64,000 bases of DNA from contig OZ287757.1 of assembly GCA_965649765.1 (NCBI GenBank), forward strand, positions 11,718,001 through 11,782,000. The letters run 5' to 3'. Each line of letters starts with the position of its first letter. The first letter of the stretch is position 1. The notes beneath the pieces were generated by a model. That model had not been told where the DNA came from. It did no database searches and was given only the letters and a program-made list of their open reading frames with translations. Shown here piece after piece: positions 51,657-64,000 of the stretch. Made by a program: the position numbers and the translations under genes. The stretch comes from Bispira polyomma (lineage: Eukaryota).

Positions 51657-52605
51657 AGAATACTGGTCTAACGACGAAACCCTGTTTGCCAATAACATTT
51701 GGTCTTTAAATTAACTGCATAAACTATTTGTGTCACTTATGTTAGTGTTTTAATTAAAATAATTACTGTAATCCCTCTGTACACAGTTTGTGACAGTCAT
51801 ATTATATAATGTCATTTTGTATTGTATTGCACTAAAATTGAGTTTTATCAGATATCACAATCAAATCAAGTCTTGATCACTGAACTAACTATTCCATTGA
51901 TAATTGCACATTGTTACAGAACAGTAAAAGTGTAGCTAAGCAAAGTGCGGTCTAATCTTCTGAAGACCTCGATATATAAATAACTTTTAACAGTTGCAAC
52001 CTTATATTAGTTTTGTAGCCAAAAATAATGGAAAATGACATGTTGATGCCCCTCATATCAAACTCATTACAGAACAAGGCCACACTTTTGACAGTTCTTG
52101 GCAGTACTAAACACACCCTCACCTACCCCTCCCACACTCCCCCTAAAGCAATCACCTGGTAATAGGAACAAAACACTCACAGCCACAGAAGCTAGATTAT
52201 AAAAACAGGGATTGGGTGGAAACATAAGAGAGAAAACAGAAAAAAAAACAGAGAACAGGAAGTGTAAAAAAAAAAACACAATTGGGTTTGTCCTTAATGA
52301 AACATATGTAACACTTCCTTCTATAGGGCGTGTCTGCATCTTGTGGTGTTATATACAATAGAATTAAACTCCTGTCCATCACTCAATCCAAAGTCGTCTT
52401 CCAGTTTTCAGTTGGTCTTTAAGTTTTTGATTTTTTTTACTTTTTCCATTCATCAATTATGATAAATCATCAAAATTCAGCGATAAAAAGTATGATAATA
52501 TTAACATTTCTGTTTTTAGTCCAAGGACAGCTCTGTACAGCTGTGTGCTATTTCAAGTGGATTTGTCCAGAATACTAAGTTGCACATCATTCCATTGAAC
52601 TTACA

Positions 52606-52803
52606 TTGAGTTTTGGATATTTAACGTCCACTCTAGTACCTTTTAGTAGGTTATATTGGGACGGGGAGTTGGAAACGCTGGAGGAAACACTGCCACCTTT
52701 CCCAAATAGGCGTCGACGGGATACGAACTCACGCTGCCCAGAGGTGAGAGACCAGTGATTGTGAAGCACAATGCTTGCTAACCACTATGGCCACCATGGC
52801 CCC
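52606..52803 (-). mobile_element. SINE family A with ~60-bp internal deletion
   Basis: Perfect 15-bp TSD tccattgaacttaca (52591-52605 / 52804-52818). Confidence 0.92.
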
Positions 52804-53957
52804 TCCATTGAACTTACAAACAACTCCAAGTATTTGTATTGCCCTTTATCACTGGGCAAGAACCATGTTATAGCGGCAAGTACTGCCCTGGAGAAATTAA
52901 TTAAACCATCTTAATGTTGTTTTTTTTCTAACAACTTGTTGGTAGAAATGTGAAACTGTTACAACATTTCCTGATACCCCAGGAAAACTATATCAGATAA
53001 GCTAAATGAGAACTAAATGACTGATTGTTGAAATTGGAATTTTTATGTTGGGATTTTACATCACTTTCAACAAGTACTATTTTTTCAGTCGCTTTTGGCT
53101 AACGATGCTAAGAAACCAAACAAACAAACAGGCAGTGAAGAAAACATAACATCTTTGGTAAAAGAAATGCTGTATAAATGTACGTTTTTCAGTAGGCATA
53201 ATTTTAGCTAATGAGTTCATACAGTAAACATAAATTCCTTGATATTTTAACTAAAAATAAATTATTTTACAAAAATTAAATTAAAATTTTAATTAGTGAA
53301 ATTTTCTTCTCTAGCTAAACTTTTCACTTACTTACAACATCTTTATGTCACACTTCTTATTTGGCCATCTATGCATCCTGCGACATTATCTGCCATGCAT
53401 ACATGGAACAGATTGATATCCAGTATATGAATTTAGATACTACAATTGGTGTTCAATGTGTAAAACACTTGCGTATGACAAGCAGATACATAATGGCTTC
53501 AATGACCATTTAAAATGACAACTGGAAATGGGTACCAATTGCTGAAGGCTGCCATTTTTAGTGATCCTACAAGCTGTTCCTAGGTTAGCGTGTTAGACAC
53601 TATCTCACAGTATATTTGCCCATAATAAAGAGACAAAAAAGTTCCACCTAGAAAACTCCATTCCATATTTTAATCCATGGCAAATGTTTGCATAAAGCTT
53701 GACTGTCTGGCTCTAGGGATATACCTTGCTCAGAATATGTATAAATGTCTCTGGCCTTAAATGGGGACACAGTTTTTTCAGAAAGTCAATGTTGTTGTTG
53801 GTAAAAAGAGAAATAAGGACTAAAAATGGATATTCTTGTAGTCAGTAAAGCCGGAGTCCAACTTAGGTGACAAAAGTGGCCGACATGGTTGCAATAATTT
53901 GATGGCGATTGTAGAAATGTATTAATATTTTAATTAAAGATAAATTATAAAAATAAA

Positions 53958-54222
53958 TTGGTTACTAGTGTTAGACTTTGAATCAGAGTGTCGCAGGTTC
54001 GATCCTCGCTGCAGGCCTAGAGGGATTATCCCCTTTGACAAGGTACTTCCTTCCCCCAGGGGTATAAGTTGTTTTTTTTCTGCTAATGGGTGTTGATCCT
54101 TGTGTTGTATATGGCAGCATGGCTAGTATGCTCAATTAGGTAACTGAGAGTGAACAATTGGTTCACAAGTGGAACAACCCAGGCCGGGGGTGTAAAAGCA
54201 CTAAATACATTACATTTACATT
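53958..54222 (+). mobile_element. CORE-type SINE, family D
   Basis: B box ggttcgatcc; homology to 22020-22240; L2-like tail tgtaaaagcact..tacattacatttacatt. Confidence 0.6.
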
Positions 54223-54309
54223 ATCAGTGTGCAGTATAAATAACGAAGAAAGGGGGCTCAGAAATGCATCTTTAAAGTAGCATGATGACACTGATCAGAC
54301 GCCAAAGAC

Positions 54310-54916
54310 ACACAGATGGGACAGCCATGATACCACAGTAAGACACGGATAGGACACCCAGGAGACACAGATTAGACAGCCATGATACCACAGTAAAATA
54401 CAGATAGGACACACAGGAGACACACATTAGACAGGCATGATACCACAGTCAGACAAGGACAGGACAACAACACACAAAATCTTGTTGCTGATGGCGATTT
54501 TTGGACAAGCCCACTGTAAAACAAGTATGTGATAGTGTCAGGACAGTGTCGTCTCATTGTCTCGTTTACTGTAGCTTACTTTAGGATTACCTAGCCATGA
54601 TACTACATTAAGATGAGGATAGGACACCTAGGAGACACAAATTGGACAGCCATTATACCACAGTGAGATACAGATAGGACATCCAGGAGACACAGATTAG
54701 ACAGGCATGATACCACAATGAGATACAGATAGGACACACAGGAGACACGCATTAGACAGGCATGATACCACAGTCAGACAAGGACAGGACAACAACACAA
54801 AATCTTGTTGCTGATGGTGATTTTTGGACAAGCCCACTGTAAAACTAGTATGTGATAGTGTCAGGACAGTGTCGTCTCATTGTCTCGTTTACTGTAGCTT
54901 ACTTTAGGATTACCTA
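54310..54916. repeat. Higher-order tandem repeat: 56-bp units plus a ~140-bp block, duplicated with a period of ~323 bp
   Basis: gacagccatgataccacagt..gataggacac..aggagacaca units; block 54450-54593 repeated at 54774-54916. Confidence 0.92.
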
Positions 54917-55696
54917 CTTTTATTGGTTTGGCAACAATATAAGACTATATTACAACAGCAAAGCCACATGATGGCGACTTCATAGATAAAGATGAGACAA
55001 TAATGGATTATTTCCACATTGTCTACTCAAAGGCAGTGATTTTTAACATTTTCAATTTCCATGCCACAATAATCAATCGGAGATGATTTTTATTATATTA
55101 TTATATATATATATTTTGCATATACATCCATAGGACAGCATAGTGCTCTAAAGCCAGTTTACAGTAATTTTGGTATCTACTATTTCTATTAAGAGCTAAA
55201 TGACTAAATGAAACACAAAATGCAAAATTGTTTTGGACCAAAAAGGAAACCTTGGGTCTTAATGACGATATCCTAGGCGAGTTTAATCAAGCTGAACGCC
55301 TCACTAAGAGCTTAGTTAATGCTCTGTTCTTTCTGCATGCAGCTCACGTTTGAGCCTGTTAAGTTATTTGTAGCACATTAGCAGTAACTGATACAAAAAT
55401 CAATCTACCAAATTATATCGCTTAAAATAGAATCATGTGACATAAAAATATACTCTCTTGAAGGTTGTCCTCAATTATTTAGACAATTTACATATTTGCT
55501 TAAGTCCCTCAAGAATGTTTGAAAAAATAAGGTTTGTCCATAAAGTCTAAGGATTGCTATGTCTTCCTCCAGCTGTAAAGTTAAGTTCTCGCATATACCT
55601 CATCCAGTGCCCCACAAAAGTCAAAACAAAATCCTGGATGATAATATTAACTCTGCAATTGATCGAGTAAGTTCCTGTTGAGAGACTTGATCTGGA

Positions 55697-55936
55697 CTGG
55701 TATTCTCGAACATATACTTAGCTTAAACTCTACTCAGCTTATACAGGCCATGTGGAAATCATTCTATATGGAAATAACCAGTACTTGTGACCATTCATTT
55801 TAATAGAGCTTTTAACCATGAATTCGAATGTCAAGTCAGATTTTAGGTATATTTACCGTATCCAGATTTATAGATAATCCAGATTTGAGTTGAGTATGAG
55901 TTTGAGCCGAGTATACATTAGAGAATACAGGCCCTG
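55697..55936. mobile_element. M6 MITE
   Basis: gtattctc..tatacttagcttaaactc ... gagtttgagccgagtatac..gagaatac inverted ends. Confidence 0.65.
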
Positions 55937-56611
55937 GTGATCGGAAAGTACTTTGATAAACTTTTGATAGTTAAATCTATGACACTTAAATTTTTTCTAG
56001 TAGATGACTTTTCAGTCTTTTCTGTCATATTGGTTTCAGGATTGGTGCTCCCTGGATAAAGTCGTAGTTACAGTGGTGATTTGAAGATAACATCTACTGG
56101 CAAGATGTTGACCAGTTTCATGTTGTCCTAGGACTTAATCCATGGGAATGTAATTCTTACAATTTTTTTATTCTCAGCCAATCAGATTCCTTGAAAAATA
56201 TGTACAGCCAATAAAATTGCTTGAGACAAAAGTTAACACTAAAAGAATCTTTGTGAATACCAGCTCTTGATCGAAAAAAAAAATAGCCTTAAAGAATGTA
56301 CTGCTTCAATTTTAGGGCTATATTTGGCACATGTCATTAGATATGGCACTATGAATTTACTCAAACATATCTCCGAAAGGCATAGTCCTAGACCATAACC
56401 TGTGTTGTAGTTATCAGTAGACAATGGCATGCTCAGATCTTCCCAAAGGATGTTGTCCCACCCCCAAATGAATCTAGTGACATTAGTAAGAGTTACCTTA
56501 CAATCACATGACAAACTCATCCCCAACTGGAAGTCAAACCGGGACATTCGAATCACGAATATTAACAGGGTCTAGAATTTAACACATGACTGCAGAGGTG
56601 GTGGGCCAGAT

Positions 56612-56879
56612 TGTTACCACAATACCACCAATAACCCTATACCCCTAAAACATGTAAAGCCAGAGTGTTACCATTATACCACCAATAACCCTATACCCCT
56701 AAAACATGTAAAGCCAGAGTGTTACCATTATACCATCAATAACCCTTTTACCACTGAAACACGTAAAGTCAGAGTGTTACCACCATACCACCAATAACCC
56801 TTATACCACTAAAAATGTAAAGTCAGAGTGTTACCACTATGCAACCAAAACCCTTTTACCCTTTTAAAACATGTAAAGC
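56612..56879. repeat. ~54-bp minisatellite, 5 copies
   Basis: gtgttaccattataccaccaataaccctatacccctaaaacatgtaaagccaga, with gtgtta at 56665, 56719, 56774 and 56828. Confidence 0.92.
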
Positions 56880-57219
56880 TTTGGCCACAGATAAAAAAAA
56901 GTCACATGAGTATCCAATTTGATTGAACTTTTCTGTTTGAACATTCATAAGTAATGATTATTTTCTTTCATTAAAGAGAAAATTCAATATTTTTCAGCAT
57001 TTTTATGCAAGTTAATTACATTTATAAAAAGATCAAAAGCTAAACTACAAAAGAAGGAAGAAAAAAATACAAACTGGTCTACACAATGCCATCACATCAA
57101 ACAAATTTAATCCCTTTTTTGAAGAGTTCCAAATTAATTATTTAAATGAAAATAATTTGAACCCTGGGGAGATACTGCTATTATTATGTGTCTGTGTTTT
57201 TATAAAATGTCCTCAGTGA

Positions 57220-57406
57220 AAAAACCTTCAATCAAACTATTAATTTGTGCATCAAGTTCTTTAGTTGCCTATCTAGCAACTCCAACTTCCCTCCCTGTAC
57301 ACCACCCAACATTCTTCTTTACAACCTGGTTATATTTTTTGGACTCCTCAATTGTTAAATGGTGCACTTTAGGAGATGCCGCGTAAAAAATGAAAATACA
57401 ATACAA
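57220..57406 (+). mobile_element. L2-a tail fragment
   Basis: gcactttaggagatgcc...aatacaatacaa. Confidence 0.55.
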
Positions 57407-60400
57407 TGAGACTAAGCTTTAGAGTTGCTCGAGTTAGTGAGGTCAGGGCATATCTGACGTTTAGTTTGACCTTGAAGGTGAACGAGTTTAACCTTGCAAG
57501 GTCATGTGGTATGGGATTGGAGGTGATAAATTGGATGCTGTTTGGAAAAATTTTGTTTCTGGCTACTTGTCTCTTTTTACAACTATAAAAATAAAATTAA
57601 GATAAAATTAAAAAAAAAAGATGCCACTATGGGTACATAAAGTATAAAGCAATAACCATAACATGTAACAAAAAAACCATAACATGTAACATTTGTATGT
57701 TAAGTGACTAAACGGAAATTAGTATCTCTAAACATAAAATGTTGCCAAAAGACAAACATAGAATATAAGTTTTGTTAATGTATAAACGTACAACAGAATA
57801 GGTTGACGTAAACTAGCCTAAGTTTGACTAAAAATGTTAAACTATAGAAGAGGTGTAATGTAATTTGTAATAATTAATATCGTGTTCTTATAAGTCTATT
57901 TGTGGGGTTAGGCGCTTGAAACACTGGGCACCTATTCGCCTGCAGAGGGTCCAGCCGTACAGAGCTCTTATTCGACCCTGGAACCCTAGCGTGATCTCAG
58001 TCGAGGGGTAAGACGGGGGACTCTCCACACAGTTAAGGAGCTCCAACAACCCATAACAGGATAATTTTTAAATTTAAAGTCTAAACAATAGGTGGAGGGA
58101 TGTGAATTTTGTGTGTTGCTACATTGACTTGCAACTTTTGGAATGCCGATTATGGAGAAAAGGTGGCAAATTGACTTATTATTAAGAGAGCTGATTGGCT
58201 GTGATACTTTAGCATAAAATGCTGTGGCTGGTGTTTCTAAGGTAAACAAGTTTGGGCGGTTGAGTAATACCGTAATGTGTGTAATTTTTTTGACTGATTA
58301 GCCATGCTCATGCTAGCAGTGAGTACAACATTGTCAGGCTTAAAAGTTGGCCAACAGTCGCTGACGATTGCAGAACTGCTGTGCATGACGAGAGAGATTT
58401 TGTGTTGTGCAATACTTGCTGATTGAGAATCGCCTTACATGTAGCCTACAATTAAGAAGCCATCCCCATCCTCTTATATATTTACACATCTGGTCTGGGG
58501 TAGATTTTTTTAAATAAGCTCAAGCTTTTAAAACTCATATTTAGCTCAGATATGTAGGCTATAATGTGGAAATCCTTTTACATGGCAAGAACCTCTACTT
58601 GTGACCATACATTTTAATACTGAATACAAATATGAAGTAGATTTTAGATATGGTTAACTGTTTGAGTTAAGTCATACTCAAGTCAAAATATTAAGGATAT
58701 GTTGTGAAAAAAATCATTGTACTTTGAAGTAACTTTCAACACTGAATTTAAATATAAAGTCAGATTTGAGATATCCTAGAGTTATAGAGAATCCAGAATC
58801 CATTTGGGTATAATATGACTTCTGTGGCCGTCTCCACAAAGAGGTCTCAGTATTATCAACTCAGTTTTGATCTTAACATTGATGTCTAAACTATTTAAAG
58901 ACTGCCTACTGTTATTCTCAGTGTTAAGTGAAAAGTTAACACTAATCAAAAATTTTCTTTTCTTACTGTCACTGGGATTAAGATCAAAATCTTAACCTTT
59001 TGGGCCAAAAATCAAAAACCCAAATCTCAAGCTTCAGACTAAGTTAAGACTAAGACGATTAGTGCATACCGTGTCAGTTCTATCTGTATAAATCCCCAGG
59101 GATACAATCAAGGGGGGACCCTTGTTGTCCTTTTGTACAGATAGAAGTCTTATGTAAAGACCAATCCAAGGATATGCCTCTTAGTCTAAATATAACACAC
59201 CATCTTACTCCTACTGATTCTGTCAAAAGGAAGAGAGAAAAATCTAACAGCCAAAACTACCCTGGGGATTTGATGAGCATATCATGAAATGGGGAACAAC
59301 TCTCTTCTGTTATGAAACTAGAAAAAAATGTGTTGATTTTTTTGTGTGTGTGCCTGTTTTGAGATTATCCAATTTTTTTATACTGGGGACAAGAAGTTTG
59401 CATTAATGAGCATTTTTTGTCTTTTGTTTTCATATTGTATTGTTATATAAAATATAATAGGTGGGGAAGGGTGTCTTTAATATATAAAATTACAATTGTG
59501 ACTAACTAATGAGAATTAGTTTATACTGTAAAGTATGGAAATCTATATTTACACACTTTTCATTGTAAAAAGTTATGTGCAAAACAATAAACAAAAACTC
59601 ATTTATTCATGATGGTTAAGTAAGAGTGAAGATCCTTCTGCAATAATCTTCAAAGCTATCGAGTACAGATACAGTTTATATTGTGTAAATGTTGTCACTT
59701 TTCACACCACCACATGTTAACGTGACTAAGTTTGGATTGACATATGAACCCTCTTGTGTGGGCAGCGAAGTGTGTGTTTTTATTGTTTCAAGTGTTCCTC
59801 TGTTGATTGTATTACACATGTCACTGTAATGAAATGAATAAAACTACAAACAAAAAATACAAACAAACAATAAATACATATCTAAAATAATTGTGTGCTC
59901 TTTGTCTTTTGAATAATGTTATAATATTCATGAGCAATTGTGTTTCTCATTATGAAATTTTCGAAAATATTTGGGGATAACTATTAACCCATTATGCGAC
60001 TGTAGGATCAGTATTCTTGTCTATTACTGAAGGAAATACCAGGGTAACAGCTTGCAGATAGCTGGAGTCATTAAAACACACACCACAGGCAACTGCCGGC
60101 ATTTCATAACAGCCTCATGTATAATGTATAACAAATACCTCTGCTCCGCAACACTAGGACATTGCAAATACACGTTTCAAATACATGTTGCAAGTACTTG
60201 AAGAGAATTAAAGAATTTTTTGTTTTAATAAATATATACTGGTCTCTGCTCATGCGCTGAAATTAAAGGAGGTTATAAATTTATTGGTCTTACAATAGCA
60301 CACTGGTGCTATATCACTTTTGTGGGGTGAGTATATTTTTTTGTAAAGCCAAACTAGATATGTGTGTGTGTTTGCAGGGTTGACTGGTAAAGGAAGAAGC

Positions 60401-62567
60401 AAACTGAATTCTGGGTAATCACGTGATCACTTGGTCTGACAGCCCGTCTGGCATTTTGATTACAGTCCTTTATAATTTAGGCTGATGTGCAATCGATCAA
60501 TCGGGACCCGAACTTAATTATTTCCCATGACAGTCTGACACCACGATCAGCATTATTAGTGTGGTAGAGATGGTTTTAGGGTGGAACCCGATTTTTCTTT
60601 CCTTTTTTAGCATTTTGGTATATACAATATAGTTTTAAACAAGAACTAAACCGTTGAATTAATTTCATTCAATTGTTTAAATTACTTAAATTTATAGGAT
60701 GACAGTATGTTTATTTTTTTATTTTGTAATTTTCTCAATAGATTTTAAAATGTGATTTGAGAAGCATCCTTTTACTCGTAATTTTGTCTCAACAAGAAGT
60801 GTACTCAGGAGAGTGCATTTCTCCGCCACGTTAACAAAGTATAATATAAATTCGTAGATCCGAATATACAGGTAATATTGACACAATCTTTCAATTTTAA
60901 CTTGTTAAGTAAGAATATTATCTGGAAAATGCATGTTTTTCTTATATATTTAACCCTTTGGACCACAATGCTTAACGCACTCTTCCATTAACCAAGTGAA
61001 ACCCCATGAATACTAATTACATAGTCTTATTGAATCTGTTCTTTTTAAGCCTAAAGTAATAAAAAAAAACTGCTCATAAAACGGATCATAAATACCTCTG
61101 GAATCATACATCACTTTCATGGATTAAATAGTTTCAAAAACATACATTGCTTGTATTGCTTACATTGGGGTGACAATTTTACATTTAAACCGAAATTGTC
61201 ATTGCGAGGACCGCCACAGAAGTGAAGCAAAAGATTGCCCGGTCATGTCAGTAGGGTGTATCAGTCACCCGCAGCCCTGATAAAAAAAATCGAGTTGGAG
61301 TCAAGTTAGGGGAGAGTTAAAATGTAATCGCCAAAGTTGCTCCTTAATTAAGAATGACCACTGTTTGTCTGGTCATGAATTGTAGGTAGATGTATGTCTT
61401 TTAGATTGCCACAAACTAAAAAAAGTCAAATTATCTTCCAGCTAAAATTTTCACTTGTATAGTGCAATTTGAAACTTTGATTACAAAAGTTTACCTCAGA
61501 TCAAAACAACTTATTCCTCTGTGTCTATTAAGTACTATTCTATTTTAAATTTGCAGTAAACCAAAATAGTTTTAATTTTGGCCATAATGCCCCCCTTCAC
61601 TACAACAATACATAATGTACTCCTGCATTTAAAGTTCGACTTGAATAAATTTCTTTAAGTTTGAACTTAAAGTCAAAAGTCAATTATAAAATTTCAAACT
61701 TAAACTCATTTAAGTTAAGGCGACCTTATCCCCTTATGTATTATTCCTTTGTATCTGAACTGTATATAATTATTGCTAGTCTTATATCTTACTGTAATAA
61801 AATATTTAACTGCATTTTTTTACTGCCTTCAAATGTCTAGTTGAATATCTCTAATCTGACCACACCCAGAGAAATGGATTACTCTGTTTCTATAAGAATG
61901 CTTTTGTACACATGGATTTGCATAAGTTCAAATAAAATTAGCCACAATTTCTCATTTTGCCATTGATTTTTATGCCAACCTTCTCTTTAAGATTTTACAG
62001 AGGCAAAGAGAATGAAGTCTGTTTGTAACAAATTTCATTTCAGATGACACACTAAAAATAACAGAAACATCACATGGATTTTGTTAACACAGTTTTTACT
62101 CTAATCCAAATCCTAAAATAATTGAAAACAAACCAAAAAAAATGTCAAAAATAAATGTTGCAAGACATCATTATAAACCAAAATAGGATCAAGAATGACA
62201 TTCCCCATCTCCCTCTTGTATTAGGTTAAGATAGAAAAAAGTAAGATTAAAGTTTGTAAAAGCAGAAATGAACAAAAACACAAACAATTTTTAAGACCGA
62301 CATTTTTCCAAAAACAAATAAAAATTTAAATGAAAGCTGAAGGGAAAACCCCCCATGCAAGTAGGCACAGGAAAGCTTTTTTATCAACAGTCTACAGTCT
62401 CTTCTTGTTGGGTATATTTTTAACCACCAGATTAAAAGCCATTAACCTTTCCCTGGAACCCGATGCAATGCGTTTTAGTTTACTCTGGCCTCTCGTTTTG
62501 CGGATAGGATAAATAGATTTTTATAATTCACCACATTGCTGGTTGCCTGAAAATATTTTCATATTAA

Positions 62568-62780
62568 CACTTTCAACACTTATATTGTCGACCAGCAGCC
62601 GACGGCAATTATTTCGCCAAGGTTTGACACTCCAAAATATGATTTTATTTTCCTTCAGTTCCTCGCAATAGGAAACTGTTAGTACAGCAGACTTGGACGT
62701 TCAAAAAAATTAGCCCTTATTGAATACCGGAAGTAGCCGGAGATGTGTGTTTTAGTGACTCCAGGTATCTGTAATCTCTT
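62568..62780 (-). mobile_element. M5 MITE, truncated by M1
   Basis: TTAA at 62564-62567; gtcgaccagcagccgacggc..ccggaagtagcc..gtttagtgactcc. Confidence 0.7.
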
Positions 62781-62781
62781 A

Positions 62782-63347
62782 TGGTTACACGTGCTAATGT
62801 TCCACAATGTTAGTAAAGCAATATAAACTGAAGATGTGATAGTTACGTGTCAAAGTGACGTCATTTTTAGAAAGGTGCAGTCAAATGTGACGTTTCATGA
62901 AGTTCGTGACGATGTTGGTACACACGGAGCGGGGGCAAAAATGAAATACTTTACTGGTAGGGTATCACCACCTCCTATTATGTAAGGCTACTATACTGCT
63001 ACTTACTGGTGCCTTCTGTTGCGTTCGGATACTTAGTGAAACGTTTCACGACGGATACAGACGAGTGGAGACAATATCACTACTTACTGCTACTGACTAC
63101 TACATTATGCTACTTATACAGACAAGTGAGATGTCCTCTAGAAATGGAGAGCTCTGCCACGATTATTTCAAACAGTTCAAACAGAGGACCAAATGGAGAC
63201 GTTTCCGGAACTATATTATCAGTTAAGCAACACAATGGAATGAACGCATCAGGGATCCTCACTTTGGCATTATCTACTACTACGTTTCAAAGCAGTTCAA
63301 AACATCACACACACGTAGCTCCAGCATGTTTAAGTGTGGCCAGACCT
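62782..63347 (-). mobile_element. M1 MITE
   Basis: Reverse homolog of 8601-9244; ends gtgtggccagacct-tta. Confidence 0.85.
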
Positions 63348-63419
63348 TTACCGACAAATTTACTTCAGTTCATAATGATAGATTTCTGTTAGGGTCAAAA
63401 GTATTAAACCTTGCACTGA

Positions 63420-63610
63420 TGGCCAAAGAAAATTGTCTCTCCATCGCGGACTTGTTACCTAGAAAAACTAGCAGGTTCACAATCATTTAAATTTGCAGCA
63501 CCTCCTGAATGCAATGGTCTCACTACCATTACTCGTATCGGTTCATTACTTTCGATATTGACTGGGATGTGTGCCACAAAGGATGCCTGGTCATCGAAAG
63601 CTGAAATATA
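63420..63610 (+). mobile_element. L2-c 3' fragment
   Basis: KLAGSQSFKFAAPPECNGL; tail gatgtgtgccacaaaggatgcctggtcatc. Confidence 0.7.
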
Positions 63611-64000
63611 GTCAAACTTATTGTAGATTACAGTTGATGATATGCATGTGTTAAATATAGAAAACAGTAAAATATGTAACATTAATAAGGGTTTGTCTCA
63701 CAGTAAGAAATGAAGATGTCAATTTACATTACTCACAGGGTAAAGTGAGGGAGGGGGTAAACATACAGATGACATTGCTACAAGGGTTATAAACAGTGAA
63801 GCGTCTTGTCTTCTACTGACTGGCCGTATACTGGATTTTTAATACTGGATATATAATATGCTTTCAACAACTGTCTGTGATATTTTGCCCACTGGTAAGT
63901 TTTTGGTTGAAGAAAGCAAGAAACAGGGTAGATGTGTAACGGTTTTTCTGCACTGTAAACAACCACCATCCTTTAGCAGGTCTACTGGTAATGTTCCCAC

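Noticed and set aside
55250-56556. Possible decayed LINE or host exon on the minus strand, including ORF 56239-56556
   Set aside because: Only vague motif hints; too degraded to support a call.
54310-56879. CRISPR-like arrays at 54.3 kb and 56.6 kb
   Set aside because: Whole units are repeated with no unique spacers, there are no cas genes, and the context is eukaryotic.
63459-63600. Apparent minus-strand exon (tatatttcag acceptor, AG|GTAACA donor) within ORF 63455-63682
   Set aside because: The plus strand is an L2-c 3' end homologous to 48845-49100, 21625-21905 and 5478-5750; the splice-like motifs are incidental.

Overview
AT-rich, repeat-dominated eukaryotic DNA, most consistent with an invertebrate metazoan (lophotrochozoan-like SINE repertoire; the taxon cannot be fixed from sequence alone). 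I found no convincing host exons, so the window looks like a large intron or intergenic region. It contains: (i) a near full-length but decayed tyrosine-recombinase retrotransposon of the DIRS order, Ngaro-like (~29.5-35.1 kb; gag, RT/RNase H, YR); (ii) two long decayed L2-clade LINEs (1-2.4 kb on +, 19.6-21.4 kb on -) and more than ten L2 3' fragments from three subfamilies; (iii) at least four tRNA-derived SINE families, one with clear TSDs on all five copies; (iv) several MITE families (Harbinger-like TWA, piggyBac-like TTAA, TA-flanked, foldback, Helentron-like), including a three-level nest; (v) mini- and microsatellites. The most interesting signal is the apparent expression logic of the YR retroelement. 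An in-phase A_AAA_AAC slippery heptamer at the end of gag would shift -1 into pol. A GT-AG splice from mid-gag to just upstream of the recombinase would join Gag-N to YR in frame and remove pol. A candidate 5'-UTR intron ends 1 nt before the gag ATG. Coordinates were read by eye and may be off by a few bases; family names are pattern-based, not database hits.
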